From Escherichia coli (GTDB taxonomy: Bacteria > Pseudomonadota > Gammaproteobacteria > Enterobacterales > Enterobacteriaceae): a stretch of DNA of 64,000 nt. Under the pieces are notes generated by a model. The model was given only the letters and a program-made list of their open reading frames with translations. It did not search any database and was not told where the DNA came from. The translations under genes and the position numbers were made by a program. Location of the stretch: NCBI RefSeq assembly GCF_009931435.1, contig NZ_CP043415.1; one strand, given 5' to 3'. Shown in pieces: positions 21,686-36,111 of the stretch; position 1 is the first letter of the stretch, and the number at the start of each line of letters is the position of its first letter.

Positions 21686-22333
21686 CTATCTTCCCAATAT
21701 TTCTTTTACTTTAGCATATAAAGGAAGTATCTTTTCCGTTCTAATCATTTCATCCAACCAGAGATCTCTAGAACTAAATCCATGTCGTTTAAATAATTTC
21801 ATGGTTTTCTTCTTTGATTTAGACACAGTGATGTTCATCTTTGCTGATGAATAATGATGGCTAAACCCTATCAGATATGGCTCAATGCCTACATATTCAT
21901 CAGATAGTACAATTAATTCATTGGTGTATTTAGACACAACAAACGATGACAGATTATCATTTGCTACCCAAATAAATCTCCAGATAAAGAAATAGCCGCA
22001 TGGTGTGATAACACTTTCTATGATCACACTCCATAACATATTATTAAGTAATATGTCATTATTACAATTTACACCATAAACTGAAGAGCATGATTCAATC
22101 TCTGCTCTGGATAACTGTAATTTACATTCCAACGTTAAACTATCAAACCATTCATCACATGAATTAAATGACGATCTGATAAGTTTTTCAAAGCGGTTAT
22201 TTTCCTGAATAAAAGAACCATCCTCGAAGCGGACACATACTGGATATTTTAAAAACGAAATAGCCTCTCCAAGACTATGAGGGAAATGCAATTGACTGAT
22301 GAGTGCTCTTTCTCTACGATCCATCGCACACAT
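21686..22333 (-). CDS. traJ: TraJ transfer activator
   Basis: ORF between traM and traY; start placed at [11 protein letters not shown], preceded by GAGGAGG. ORF track extends to 22411 via an upstream TTG. Confidence 0.8.
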   Translation of the reverse strand: MCAMDRRERALISQLHFPHSLGEAISFLKYPVCVRFEDGSFIQENNRFEKLIRSSFNSCDEWFDSLTLECKLQLSRAEIESCSSVYGVNCNNDILLNNMLWSVIIESVITPCGYFFIWRFIWVANDNLSSFVVSKYTNELIVLSDEYVGIEPYLIGFSHHYSSAKMNITVSKSKKKTMKLFKRHGFSSRDLWLDEMIRTEKILPLYAKVKEILGR

Positions 22334-22412
22334 AGGAACCTCCTCTAAGGATTCTATGGACAGTCGATGCAGGGAGTGGCTGCTCCCTGCATCGGCGATT
22401 TTCAGTTTCAAT
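22330..22412 (+). ncRNA. finP: FinP antisense RNA, complementary to the traJ leader/RBS
   Basis: Opposite the traJ start: perfect hairpin CGATGCAGGGAG-TGGCTG-CTCCCTGCATCG (22365-22394) followed by a T-rich tract, a stem-loop plus terminator architecture. Ends approximate. Confidence 0.55.
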
Positions 22413-22523
22413 TTTTAACGTGGCATTAACCACATAATCAATATACTAATTATTCTGATTATTGTCATCAGTTTGAACCATAAAAAACCATGATATTTGA
22501 ACAAAGTCAAAATTTATTTCACT

Positions 22524-22907
22524 TTATTCATCATCATTTTTTGGAAAGAACCTTTCCATCTCAACCGACACCTTCTCTCTGATATCTTCAACCATATTGG
22601 CATATTCAAACTTCGGTTTTCCGGAAACATGAGGGCTAAGAGACTCAATACCTAAAATCTTTGCCACCGTTGACTGCGTTTTTACAACACACTCAAGAAG
22701 AAGTTTATTAAACTCTGCCTGATTAAACGCTGATTCTTTTCGTTCCATCTGCGCTTCATAAACTCGCAATCCTAACTCAAGCAACATAGAGGCAATACTT
22801 GAATAACTAACATCTTTCTCTTTTGCTCCCTCTGCTCGCCTTTGCACAGCAATAGCATTTATTTTTTCAGACACATGGTCATTAACATAAACCTGAATTT
22901 TGGCCAT
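22524..22907 (-). CDS. traM: TraM relaxosome accessory protein
   Basis: 127 aa, MAKIQVYVNDHVSEKINAIAVQRRAEGAKEKDVSYSSIASMLLELGLRVYEAQ..., recognisable as F-family TraM. Confidence 0.92.
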   Translation of the reverse strand: MAKIQVYVNDHVSEKINAIAVQRRAEGAKEKDVSYSSIASMLLELGLRVYEAQMERKESAFNQAEFNKLLLECVVKTQSTVAKILGIESLSPHVSGKPKFEYANMVEDIREKVSVEMERFFPKNDDE

Positions 22908-22929
22908 AACACACCTTATTCACCTTCCT

Positions 22930-23260
22930 AAACAAACAATATATTTTCGTGCTCTCTATTCTGCACCTTATGACGAATCACCATTAGATTCATCATACTA
23001 AAATCACGATTCACTATACGAATCAGCAATCATCAAATGACGAATCTAATATAGATTCACGCGCCAAGTAAATAGATGTTTTCAAAAAAAATAGTCATTA
23101 CTGAATCATTGACAATTCGTGATAGATTCACTATCGAATCTATCACGAATCTCTGCAATATAATTCAAAATTATATAATATAAATATAGTTCATTAATTA
23201 CATGATTTAAAACACAAATCAGCAAAAACTTGTTTTTGCGTGGGGTGTGGTGCTTTTGGT
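22930..23260. other. oriT: oriT: origin of transfer with TraM/TraY/IHF binding region and F-type nic site (~23248/23249)
   Basis: Contains TTTGCGTGGGGTGT|GGTGCTTTTGGTGGTGAGAACCACCAACC, the F oriT nick-region sequence; AT-rich repeats toward traM. Confidence 0.85.
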
Positions 23261-23339
23261 GGTGAGAACCACCAACCTGTTGAGCCTTTTTGTGGAGTGG
23301 GTTAAATTATTTACGGATAAAGTCACCAGAGGTGGAAAA

Positions 23340-23849
23340 ATGAAAAAGTGGATGTTAGCCATCTGCCTGATGTTTATAAATGAGATCTGCCAGGCCACTG
23401 ATTGCTTTGATCTTGCAGGCCGGGATTACAAAATAGATCCTGATTTACTGAGAGCAATATCATGGAAAGAATCCCGTTACCGGGTTAATGCCATCGGTAT
23501 TAATCCGGTAACGGGATATGGCAGCGGACTGATGCAGGTAGATTCCCAGCATTTTAACGAACTGGCCCGCTACGGAATTAAGCCAGAACATCTGACAACA
23601 GATCCCTGCATGAACATTTATACCGGTGCTTATTATCTGGCAATAGCATTTAAAAAATGGGGCGTCTCCTGGGAGGCCGTTGGTGCATACAATGCCGGAT
23701 TCAGGAAGACCGAACGCCAGAACCAGAGACGTCTTGCCTACGCATCAGATGTTTACCGGATTTATACCGGGATAAAAAGCAGTAAAGGTATCCGGATTCC
23801 GGCCACGAAGAAATCACTTCCGGAAATTAACAGCGTGCAGAACAATTAA
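23340..23849 (+). CDS. Gene X / orf169-type lytic transglycosylase
   Basis: Start set at [19 protein letters not shown] (signal peptide); 169 aa; first gene on the leading side of oriT as in F/R1. Confidence 0.88.
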   Translation: MKKWMLAICLMFINEICQATDCFDLAGRDYKIDPDLLRAISWKESRYRVNAIGINPVTGYGSGLMQVDSQHFNELARYGIKPEHLTTDPCMNIYTGAYYLAIAFKKWGVSWEAVGAYNAGFRKTERQNQRRLAYASDVYRIYTGIKSSKGIRIPATKKSLPEINSVQNN

Positions 23850-24094
23850 TCTTACAGACATTGTCAGATACCTGTTATGCCGCAAAAGCGGCATGGAAGG
23901 CCACACACAAAAATATCATATGAGTGACAATACTGACTGGCCGAAGCCCCGCGAAGCGGGAACCCATCTTATATATACCCGGTAACTGCGCAGCCTCCTG
24001 CCAGACCATTTTTCGCGGGCACAATATTTACAGACAACCGGAAAGCCAGTTGATGAAATTGAGGTATATCAGACGACACAGCGATGCCGAAGAA

Positions 24095-24147
24095 TGATAA
24101 TATAAGTAAAGCCCCGAAAAATTTTCGGGGCTTTACTTATATTATCA
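24095..24147. terminator. 53-bp perfect palindrome, likely bidirectional rho-independent terminator
   Basis: TGATAATATAAGTAAAGCCCCGAAAA/ATTTTCGGGGCTTTACTTATATTATCA, a GC stem flanked by A/T runs on both strands, between convergent genes. Confidence 0.6.
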
Positions 24148-24357
24148 TGACTTCCACTTTCTGAACTGTTCGGCAATCACCCATAACGCCTTGTTGATTC
24201 TTATATCACCATCAATACCTGTAATGACTCTTGTCCTGGTATTTTTCCCGGAGGCACTTCGCCCAGATAATCCACCTTTTATCATATTCTCCTGAACCCG
24301 CTGCCAGGTTGTCCAGAGATCGTTCTGTTTATCCTCCCGACGACGGGGAGTAATTAT

Positions 24358-25047
24358 TTATTCAGGCGTCACTGGCGTTTTATTTTCATCTTCATACCTG
24401 ACCATCAGTGCAGCTCTGCCAAATAAATGTTGCTCGTCACTGTTAAGATGAATTTCTTTCATTGCCTCCATATTATCAGTGACCTTATCAAAGACACCGA
24501 GTACTTCATACGCACCCTCGATAACCTGCCCGACAATATCACCTTTATGTGGAACGCGGATTTCGCCAAAATTATTTCCGCACACCAGGCCATTTGTGCA
24601 GACAAAACGAAAAATTCCGGGGTTCATCTGATAACTGGATGAACCATCATGTGAATTAAGCAGGATAATTTCAGGAACTTCCTGCCCGTTAATATGCCCT
24701 TCCCTGCGAAGACGTAACATATGTTTACTGTATTCGCGACGTCCCAAATCACGAACCCGACTCTGACAGGCAAAGAATGGCTGGAAACCTTCATCACGTA
24801 ACTTATTGATGATATTGATTGTTGGAATATACGTATAACGTTCACTCCGGGACTCATGTTTATCACCGGAAAATACCGAAGGCACGAACTGCATTAATTC
24901 ATCATCCGTTAAAGGACGTTCACGGCGGATGGAATTATACCGACCAAAACGGGAAGCTAATCGCATAACAGCTACTCCTTTATGAAAGAATAAATTTAAT
25001 AAAAAATTTTTCCGCTTAATATCATCCCTCCCGATCTCCATTAACAA
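24358..25047 (-). CDS. Conserved leading-region protein of unknown function (possibly DUF932-like); start uncertain
   Basis: 229-aa ORF, first sizeable gene downstream of repeat copy A. Family name is from memory, unverified. Confidence 0.5.
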   Translation of the reverse strand: MLMEIGRDDIKRKNFLLNLFFHKGVAVMRLASRFGRYNSIRRERPLTDDELMQFVPSVFSGDKHESRSERYTYIPTINIINKLRDEGFQPFFACQSRVRDLGRREYSKHMLRLRREGHINGQEVPEIILLNSHDGSSSYQMNPGIFRFVCTNGLVCGNNFGEIRVPHKGDIVGQVIEGAYEVLGVFDKVTDNMEAMKEIHLNSDEQHLFGRAALMVRYEDENKTPVTPE

Positions 25048-25085
25048 GATTGCAACAATCAGGGGGGGGTATTCATCACATCCGG

Positions 25086-25373
25086 TCAGCAGATAGCCCG
25101 GATATCGAGGCCGGCACGCTTAATCTGACGCAGGAACTGTTTGAAGTGATCGGCTTCCGCAATGTTGATATGGCGGAACTGCGTATCCACACCCCGGCTG
25201 AGCGCGTAGCTATAGCTGAAGGCCATCTTTTCCGGGTGGCTTTTGCGATATTTTTTCAGCTCAGTCAGGCTGCTGAATTCCAGGACGTCCCACTCTTCCC
25301 CGGTGTTTTTTTTCTTCCCGGCAACAAGAAGCGTGTACGACGCGGTGTTAACGTGGATATTTCGGGTACTCAT
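25086..25373 (-). CDS. Hypothetical small leading-region protein
   Basis: 95-aa ORF immediately downstream of repeat copy A, co-oriented with the leading-region genes. Confidence 0.45.
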   Translation of the reverse strand: MSTRNIHVNTASYTLLVAGKKKNTGEEWDVLEFSSLTELKKYRKSHPEKMAFSYSYALSRGVDTQFRHINIAEADHFKQFLRQIKRAGLDIRAIC

Positions 25374-25384
25374 CCTGCTTTCTC

Positions 25385-26005
25385 CTCTCTCTGGTTTTCA
25401 GCCCCCATCATCTGTTGAGTTTCGGGAGCCGCGGTTTTGACGTTTTGCGGGGACCTGCCTTTTGTTCCCTCCGGTATTCACCATCACCTGTTTGAGAACC
25501 TTCGCCGCAAGGGGCATCACTGCCACGGCCGGAAACGACTGTCCGGGGGCAGACCGCAAAAGTTTTTGCCTGCTTTTGGGCAAAAACTTTTGCGGGATGT
25601 GCATTTCACCCCTGGACTGGCGGAGACGGTTGTGGCTGTCTTTGCCCCCGGCGACAGGGGCTTAAACAGGTGAATGGCACCGGACACAACAACGGGCAGG
25701 GACCCGCCGCAACGACGTGAAGCGCGGTTTGCGAAACGGAGTTGCCCCTTACATCCCGGCGGTCTTTTGCCGGGATGTAAGGAGCGCAGGCCACGGCGCG
25801 ACCGGAACGGTCGCTGCAAGCCCGGGGTTTTCACGCATCGGACCGTAGCGACAGCCCGAAACCGCGCCAGCGGGTTTGGCGGAGACTGACAGGTGCGCCA
25901 GCAGCTGCCTGTCGGAGTCGGGCCTGACGACCGGATGCCGCCAGGCAGCCGGGAGCCGAAGGTGCGCCCGGCAGACAGGACAACACTGCAGTAGTCAGAA
26001 TCAGA
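25385..26005 (-). repeat. Leading-region repeat copy A (Frpo/ssi-like structured element)
   Basis: Near-identical to 32760-33408 and related to 36112-36600; internal hairpins GCAAAAGTTTTTGCC..GGCAAAAACTTTTGC, CATCCCGGC..GCCGGGATG, GCGACCG..CGGTCGC. Confidence 0.7.
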
Positions 26006-26280
26006 GCAGGAAGAAAAAGAGAATAATCACAGGGAAGGTGATGTGATTTCTGACAGGCCATAACCAGAGAAGGCGGGGGAAAAGAACGGGCGCCGCAGGC
26101 GCACGTTCATCCCCGTTCCTGAAGGGAAACGACCTTCCTGAAGTCAGGTTGTTCATGCCCGTACAACATCAGCAAGGAGAAAGGGGCTACCGGCGAACCA
26201 GCAGCCCCTTTATAAAGGCGCTTCAGTAGTCAGACCAGCATCAGTCCTGAAAAGGCGGGCCTGCGCCCGCCTCCAGGTTG

Positions 26281-26439
26281 CTACTTACCGGATTCGTAAG
26301 CCATGAAAGCCGCCACCTCCCTGTGTCCGTCTCTGTAACGAATCTCGCACAGCGATTTTCGTGTCAGATAAGTGAATATCAACAGTGTGAGACACACGAT
26401 CAACACACACCAGACAAGGGAACTTCGTGGTAGTTTCAT
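26281..26439 (-). CDS. hok: Hok-family toxin (flmA/hok), 52 aa
   Basis: Reverse-complement translates to [52 protein letters not shown]; below the 60-aa cutoff of the ORF track. Confidence 0.9.
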   Translation of the reverse strand: MKLPRSSLVWCVLIVCLTLLIFTYLTRKSLCEIRYRDGHREVAAFMAYESGK

Positions 26440-26497
26440 GGCCTTCTTCTCCTTGCGCAAAGCGCGGTAAGAGGCTATCCTGATGTGGACTAGACAT
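26285..26497 (-). CDS. mok: Mok (modulation of killing) overlapping reading frame
   Basis: 70-aa ORF overlapping hok in another frame, as in hok/mok/sok loci. Confidence 0.65.
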   Translation of the reverse strand: MSSPHQDSLLPRFAQGEEGHETTTKFPCLVCVDRVSHTVDIHLSDTKIAVRDSLQRRTQGGGGFHGLRIR

Positions 26498-26535
26498 AGG
26501 GATGCCTCGTGGTGGTTAATGAAAATTAACTTACT
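26465..26535 (+). ncRNA. sok: Sok-like antisense RNA (approximate placement)
   Basis: Placed by the known architecture of hok/sok loci, antisense to the mok start region; not verified by structure. Confidence 0.35.
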
Positions 26536-26718
26536 ACGGGGCTATCTTCTTTCTGCCACACAACACGGCAACAAACCACCTTCACGTCATGAGGCAGAAA
26601 GCCTCAAGCGCCGGGCACATCATAGCCCATATACCTGCACGCTGACCACACTCACTTTCCCTGAAAATAATCCACTCATTCAGACCGTTCACGGGAAATC
26701 CGTGTGATTGTTGCCGCA

Positions 26719-27438
26719 TCACGCTGCCTCCCGGAGTTTGTTCGGCACCATCCACCGCTCCATCTCACGAACAGCATGACCGACCACCCTTGCCGCCATA
26801 CCAGCCTCTGCGATGACCTGCCAGAATGGCATATCCTGCCACTGCCAGCGTTCCATTCCGGCCAGTGACGGAAAACGCTCGCCCCACTGCCAGAACAGGG
26901 TTTCCAGGTCATGCTCTGCCACCCGGTCACTCCAGCGTGCATGCCAGCTTCCGACTGTTTCCGGCGAATGGAATGCCAGTTCGATTTCAGCCTGAGCGAC
27001 CAGCGCCTGGTACGCACGGGCTTTCTGCTCTGCCTCCCTCGCCTGCTGGCGGCTGTACTTCTGCATGACCAGCGCGGATTTATGGCGACTGCGTTCCCTG
27101 ACACGAAACCGCACCGACGGGAACAAGCGCTCTGCTGCATCACCGGGAAGGGGAAGGAGGCAGACCTCGCCCTGTGTTTCAATCAGCACATCGATGGCAT
27201 ACAGCCACTGAAGACGGTTGCCGTGCAGTTCTTCTGCGGTCAGGGACGGCATGAAAAATCGCAGGTCAGACAGCGATATCCTGCGGCTTCCGTTCAGACA
27301 GCGGAAAAACGCCCCCGCATACGGATATTCAGCCAGCGTGTTACCCTGATGGCGGCGTTTTTCGGTCTCCGCCACCGCCCGCCATGCGGCCTGTTGCTCT
27401 GTGCTGAGAGGAACCAGTGCCTGTGAACGTGCGCTCAT
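26719..27438 (-). CDS. psiA: PsiA, plasmid SOS inhibition protein A
   Basis: 239 aa, [78 protein letters not shown]...; start overlaps the psiB stop. Confidence 0.93.
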
Positions 27439-27869
27439 GCCTGACCTCCTTCCGCCATCAGGATATGGATGATGTCACTGACGCTGTACCCCTGCGCGTC
27501 CAGTGACGCCGCCAGTGCCAGTGAATGGCTGACGGCTTCCGGTGCAAACCGCCGCTGTACCTGAACCACCGCAAACGGCTCACCACCGGCATTCACCAGA
27601 ACCAGCACCCAGACCTGAGAGACATCGCCCGGTGAACATAACGCCAGGTGGAAACGTTCGTGGGCAGGCGTGAAACGGACCTGGACGGGGAAAAATCCGC
27701 CAAACTCGCTGCCGTACTCGCCGTTCATCGTCCAGTTGTCCGGCGCATCCAGTTCCCGCATCACGGCGTGTGTCAGCTCACGACGTTCATCACTTCCGGC
27801 TGCCCGGATATCTTCATATTCCTGTGCGCTCATGGTCTGTAATACATTCAGGGTCAGTTCAGTTTTCAT
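27435..27869 (-). CDS. psiB: PsiB, plasmid SOS inhibition protein B (RecA inhibitor)
   Basis: 144 aa from [66 protein letters not shown]..., recognisable as F PsiB. Confidence 0.95.
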
Positions 27870-27923
27870 CACGGTATCTCCCTTGCTGCCGCCCCGTCTC
27901 CGGCGGGGCGGTGTGGTTGTTTA

Positions 27924-31844
<3,921 letters not shown>

Positions 31845-31906
31845 TAGTACCTCCCAAAACGGTAATAATGATTGTCTGCCGGACGTGTCCCCGTCCGGCA
31901 CCTCTC

Positions 31907-32742
<836 letters not shown>

Positions 32743-32759
32743 GATGTGCCTCCTTCTGT

Positions 32760-33408
32760 TGATGTTTTCAGCCCCCATCATCTTTTGAGTTTCGGGAGCC
32801 GCGGTTTTGACGTTTTGCGGGGACCTGCCTTTTGTTCCCTCCGGTATTCACCATCACCTTTTTGAGAACCTTCGCCGCAAGGGGCATCACTGCCACGGAC
32901 GGAAACGACTGTCCGGGGGCAGACCGCAAAAGTTTTTGCCTGCTTTTGGGCAAAAACTTTTGCGGGATGTGCATTTCACCCCTGGACTGGCGGAGACGGT
33001 TGTGGCTGTCTTTGCCCCCGGCGACAGGGGCTTAAACAGGTGAATGGCACCGGACAGAACAACGGGCAGGGACCCGCCGCAACGACGTGAAGCGCGGTTT
33101 GCGAAACGGCGTTGCCCCTTACATCCCGGCGGCCTTTTGCCGGGATGCCAGGAGCGCAGGCCACGGCGCGACAGAGGCGGCGCGACCGGAACGGTCGCTG
33201 CAAGCCCGGGGTTTTCACGCATCGGACCGTAGCGACAGCCCGAAACCGCGCCAGCGGGTTCGGCGGAGACTGGCAGGTGCGCCAGCAGCTGCCTGTCGGA
33301 GTCGGGCCTGACGACCGGATGCCGCCAGGCAGCCGGGAGCCGAAGGTGCGCCCGGCAGACAGGACAACACTGCAGTAGTCAGAATCAGAGCAGCAGGAAA
33401 AAGAAGAA
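32760..33408 (-). repeat. Leading-region repeat copy B (Frpo/ssi-like), immediately upstream of ssb
   Basis: Near-identical to copy A over ~600 bp, with the same hairpins. Confidence 0.7.
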
Positions 33409-33462
33409 CAGTAGCAGTAGCAGTAGCAGTAGCAGTAGCAGTAGCAGTAGCAGTAGCAGTAG
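33409..33462. repeat. Hexanucleotide microsatellite (CAGTAG)x9
   Basis: Nine perfect tandem CAGTAG units, present only at the distal edge of repeat copy B; copy A has no expansion at the same place. Confidence 0.95.
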
Positions 33463-33626
33463 CAGGAACAACAACATCATCAGTAACAGACAAATGACAG
33501 GCATGAAGAAACAGAAGCCCCCATCAGAACGTCCGCGTAATGAAAGGGGCGGCGCGTGAGCGCGGCCCCTTTCAGCGCCACCGGCGCGGGCAGACAGGCA
33601 TTTATCCTCCCGCCGGCCCTGTGTCA

Positions 33627-34190
33627 TCAGGCACGCAGACGAATAATCATCGTCGGGACATCGGTATAAGCAAACGTGCCGCGCGGCAGCTCCTCGCGGA
33701 CGTCAGAAAACGGTAACAGCTTCTCCTGCTGGCGTGGTCCGTTGAGACAGACGGCGACCAGCACGCCACCCGGACGCAACAGGGAAAAGGCCCGCAGGAT
33801 ATGCCGGATATCCTGCCCGTGGCTGAACGGCGGATTCATGATAACCCGGCTGTAATACTGCACTGGCTGCCATTCCATGAAGTCGCCACACTGAACCCTG
33901 ACACCGTTAAAATTTTCCCGCAGATACCGGACCAGCCCGCTGTTGATTTCCACCGCATCACACATGGCCCCCGGCGCGGTATCCCGAATCGCCCGCAGTA
34001 TGGCCCCGGTGCCGGCAGAGGGTTCCAGAATGTGATCACGGTTGCTGATCTCCGCCAGCATCACCAGGCGATCACAGACCGGGGCAGGAGTCACAAAAAG
34101 CTGAGATTCAGCCCGGATTTCAGCAACCGGCGCGGCGTTATCCAGCCTTGCGCGCATCAGCCGGATACGTTCTCTTAACTGACTGTGCAT
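33627..34190 (-). CDS. Putative SAM-dependent DNA adenine methyltransferase (small orphan MTase)
   Basis: 187 aa with motif I-like LEPSAGTGA and motif IV-like NPPF; no adjacent restriction gene. Confidence 0.65.
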   Translation of the reverse strand: MHSQLRERIRLMRARLDNAAPVAEIRAESQLFVTPAPVCDRLVMLAEISNRDHILEPSAGTGAILRAIRDTAPGAMCDAVEINSGLVRYLRENFNGVRVQCGDFMEWQPVQYYSRVIMNPPFSHGQDIRHILRAFSLLRPGGVLVAVCLNGPRQQEKLLPFSDVREELPRGTFAYTDVPTMIIRLRA

Positions 34191-34237
34191 ATCATTATCT
34201 CCGTCATCCCCCGGGGATTTTCCCGGGGGGATATACC

Positions 34238-35599
34238 TTATTTCTGTGGGATTTCCGTGATTTTCATGTCGGTGATATACACATTCACCAGGCGGAAATT
34301 ATTGTCCATTGTGCGGCGGTACCGGTATGCCCCGTGGTCTTCTGCTTCTGCCACACTGCGCACGGCCTTACAGTCCCGGGGCAGGGCGGCCCACTGTGCC
34401 TTTGTCATTTCCCGGAAACCTTCCCCCGGATAGTTGACTACCGGCGGACGCTTCGCGGCCTGACTGGCGACGGCAGCCTCTTCTGCCGATGGTGCTTTGT
34501 AGTCCGTGATGCGATCGGGCGTCACTTTCATCGTGCCGCTGTACCCGAGAAAACTGTAATTTGGCGTTGTGACTGAACTCACCGCCCCGTTGCTTTTGTT
34601 CACACGGATGATGGTCAGCCACTCGCCCCGGCTGAAAACCTGTCCGCCCGGCTCAAAATCCTGTGTCCGGGTAACCACGCCGCCGCTTTCGTCCAGCATG
34701 GCACGCTCATAGATCAGGCGGTTCTGATAGTGGTTAACCCAGCGTTGTTGATGCTGAATCTGCCGTTCATGACAGCGGATCGCAATTTCGCGGGCCTGCT
34801 CCGTGGTGATGATGTCATCATCCAGGGCCGACCATAACGATCGACTTCCTTCATACTGGCTTTTTTCTGCCGGGCGCGGATACGTATCCAGCGGGAAACA
34901 GGCGCTGATATGGTCATGACTGCTGATGAGTTTTGCCATATTCAGATCCAGCGATTCAGCCCGCCACATCGTCAGATATTTCTGCGACTGCGCGATGGTC
35001 TTTTCAGCCTTGCGCAAATCAGCTTCGATTTTTTTGATACGACGCCAGCGAACGTCCGGACGTTCTTTATACTTCGCGTGAAGCAGTGCCGACCGCGCCC
35101 GCTCTTCCCAGTATTCCGCACGTTCAAAGAGCATCACGGCTCGTTTCATGCCGTTTTCAATACGCTGCGCATCACGACGGGCGCGGCGTTCGCTGTGATG
35201 CCCCACAAGAATGGGCTGACCGGGCGGGATCATCGCGGCCAGTCTTTCCACTTCATCAAGTGCCTGTGCGGATTCACTGGCCCGCTTTCCGCTGTATCCG
35301 GTAAACCGCTCCGCCCGTGCTTCCTGACGTTCAGCGAGCGTGCTGTCTTCATCCTCAATCTCTCCGGCAAGTGAGAGGAGCACGTCTTCCCGGCCCGGTG
35401 TCCAGGCTGGCGCGACAAACAGCGCCTGTTTTGGTGCCCAGCGGAAACCGGCATCATGCACTTTTTTATACGTCTCCGGGTCAAGACGTGACACGGCATA
35501 CAGGCGCAGTTTGTTGTCATCCGGTGAGTAGGTCGCGCGGTACATCTGCACAGGGCTGGCGGCTTCCGGGGCGGTCATGGTGATTGCTGCTGATGTCAT
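34238..35599 (-). CDS. Conserved leading-region protein of unknown function, 453 aa
   Basis: Long charged ORF co-transcribed in orientation with the downstream MTase; no recognisable catalytic motif. Confidence 0.6.
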   Translation of the reverse strand: MTSAAITMTAPEAASPVQMYRATYSPDDNKLRLYAVSRLDPETYKKVHDAGFRWAPKQALFVAPAWTPGREDVLLSLAGEIEDEDSTLAERQEARAERFTGYSGKRASESAQALDEVERLAAMIPPGQPILVGHHSERRARRDAQRIENGMKRAVMLFERAEYWEERARSALLHAKYKERPDVRWRRIKKIEADLRKAEKTIAQSQKYLTMWRAESLDLNMAKLISSHDHISACFPLDTYPRPAEKSQYEGSRSLWSALDDDIITTEQAREIAIRCHERQIQHQQRWVNHYQNRLIYERAMLDESGGVVTRTQDFEPGGQVFSRGEWLTIIRVNKSNGAVSSVTTPNYSFLGYSGTMKVTPDRITDYKAPSAEEAAVASQAAKRPPVVNYPGEGFREMTKAQWAALPRDCKAVRSVAEAEDHGAYRYRRTMDNNFRLVNVYITDMKITEIPQK

Positions 35600-35650
35600 A
35601 AAATGTTCTCCTTCCGTCTGTTGCCGCCCCTCGCGGGGCGGCTCACCTCA

Positions 35651-35881
35651 TCAGTTAAAAGCGCGTTTCAGTTCGAGTGTGCGGAGCACCTGCCCGAAGG
35701 CCGTGTTTTTCATGGCGGGGATGTGTACACCACGCCCCCGGTGAAAACTCCGGGCAATGTGTCGCCCGAAGGCTTTCAGCACGGGGTCAATTTCCGGCGC
35801 GGGGATGTCTTCGCGTCTGAAACGGGGATGACGGCGGGGCTTTACAGCCGCTGCGGAAGGTGAAACAATACTTACTGTCAT
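35651..35881 (-). CDS. Hypothetical small protein
   Basis: 76-aa ORF, first ORF downstream of repeat copy C; weak support. Confidence 0.3.
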   Translation of the reverse strand: MTVSIVSPSAAAVKPRRHPRFRREDIPAPEIDPVLKAFGRHIARSFHRGRGVHIPAMKNTAFGQVLRTLELKRAFN

Positions 35882-36111
35882 AATTTAGCCTCTTATGACG
35901 TTAATTAATGAAACCGTAAAGACTGTTCGTGCAGTCTCTGCGGTGTGGATTAAGCAGGTCCCTGACCTGCTTTTTTCATATCTGCGTCTGACGTTCTCCG
36001 GTGTTTTCCTCCTTCTGTTCCTGCGTTCTCATTACCTGCCAGCCGGATGACTGACAGAACACATAAATGCGTATTGCCGGAGCCTGAAATAAATCCTGAT
36101 TTTTAAAGAAC

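Noticed and set aside
25398-25604. 68-aa basic ORF (MHIPQKFLPKSRQKLLRSAPGQ…) present identically in repeat copies A and B (32768-32974), with several other ORFs inside the repeats
   Set aside because: The copies are near-identical at the DNA level, so conservation says nothing about coding. The ORF runs through palindromic hairpin sequence of the putative single-strand promoter and is absent from diverged copy C.
33215-33627. ORFs reading the hexamer array as poly-Leu or (Thr-Ala)n tracts
   Set aside because: Low-complexity translation of a microsatellite with no start context; the array is better explained as non-coding repeat DNA.
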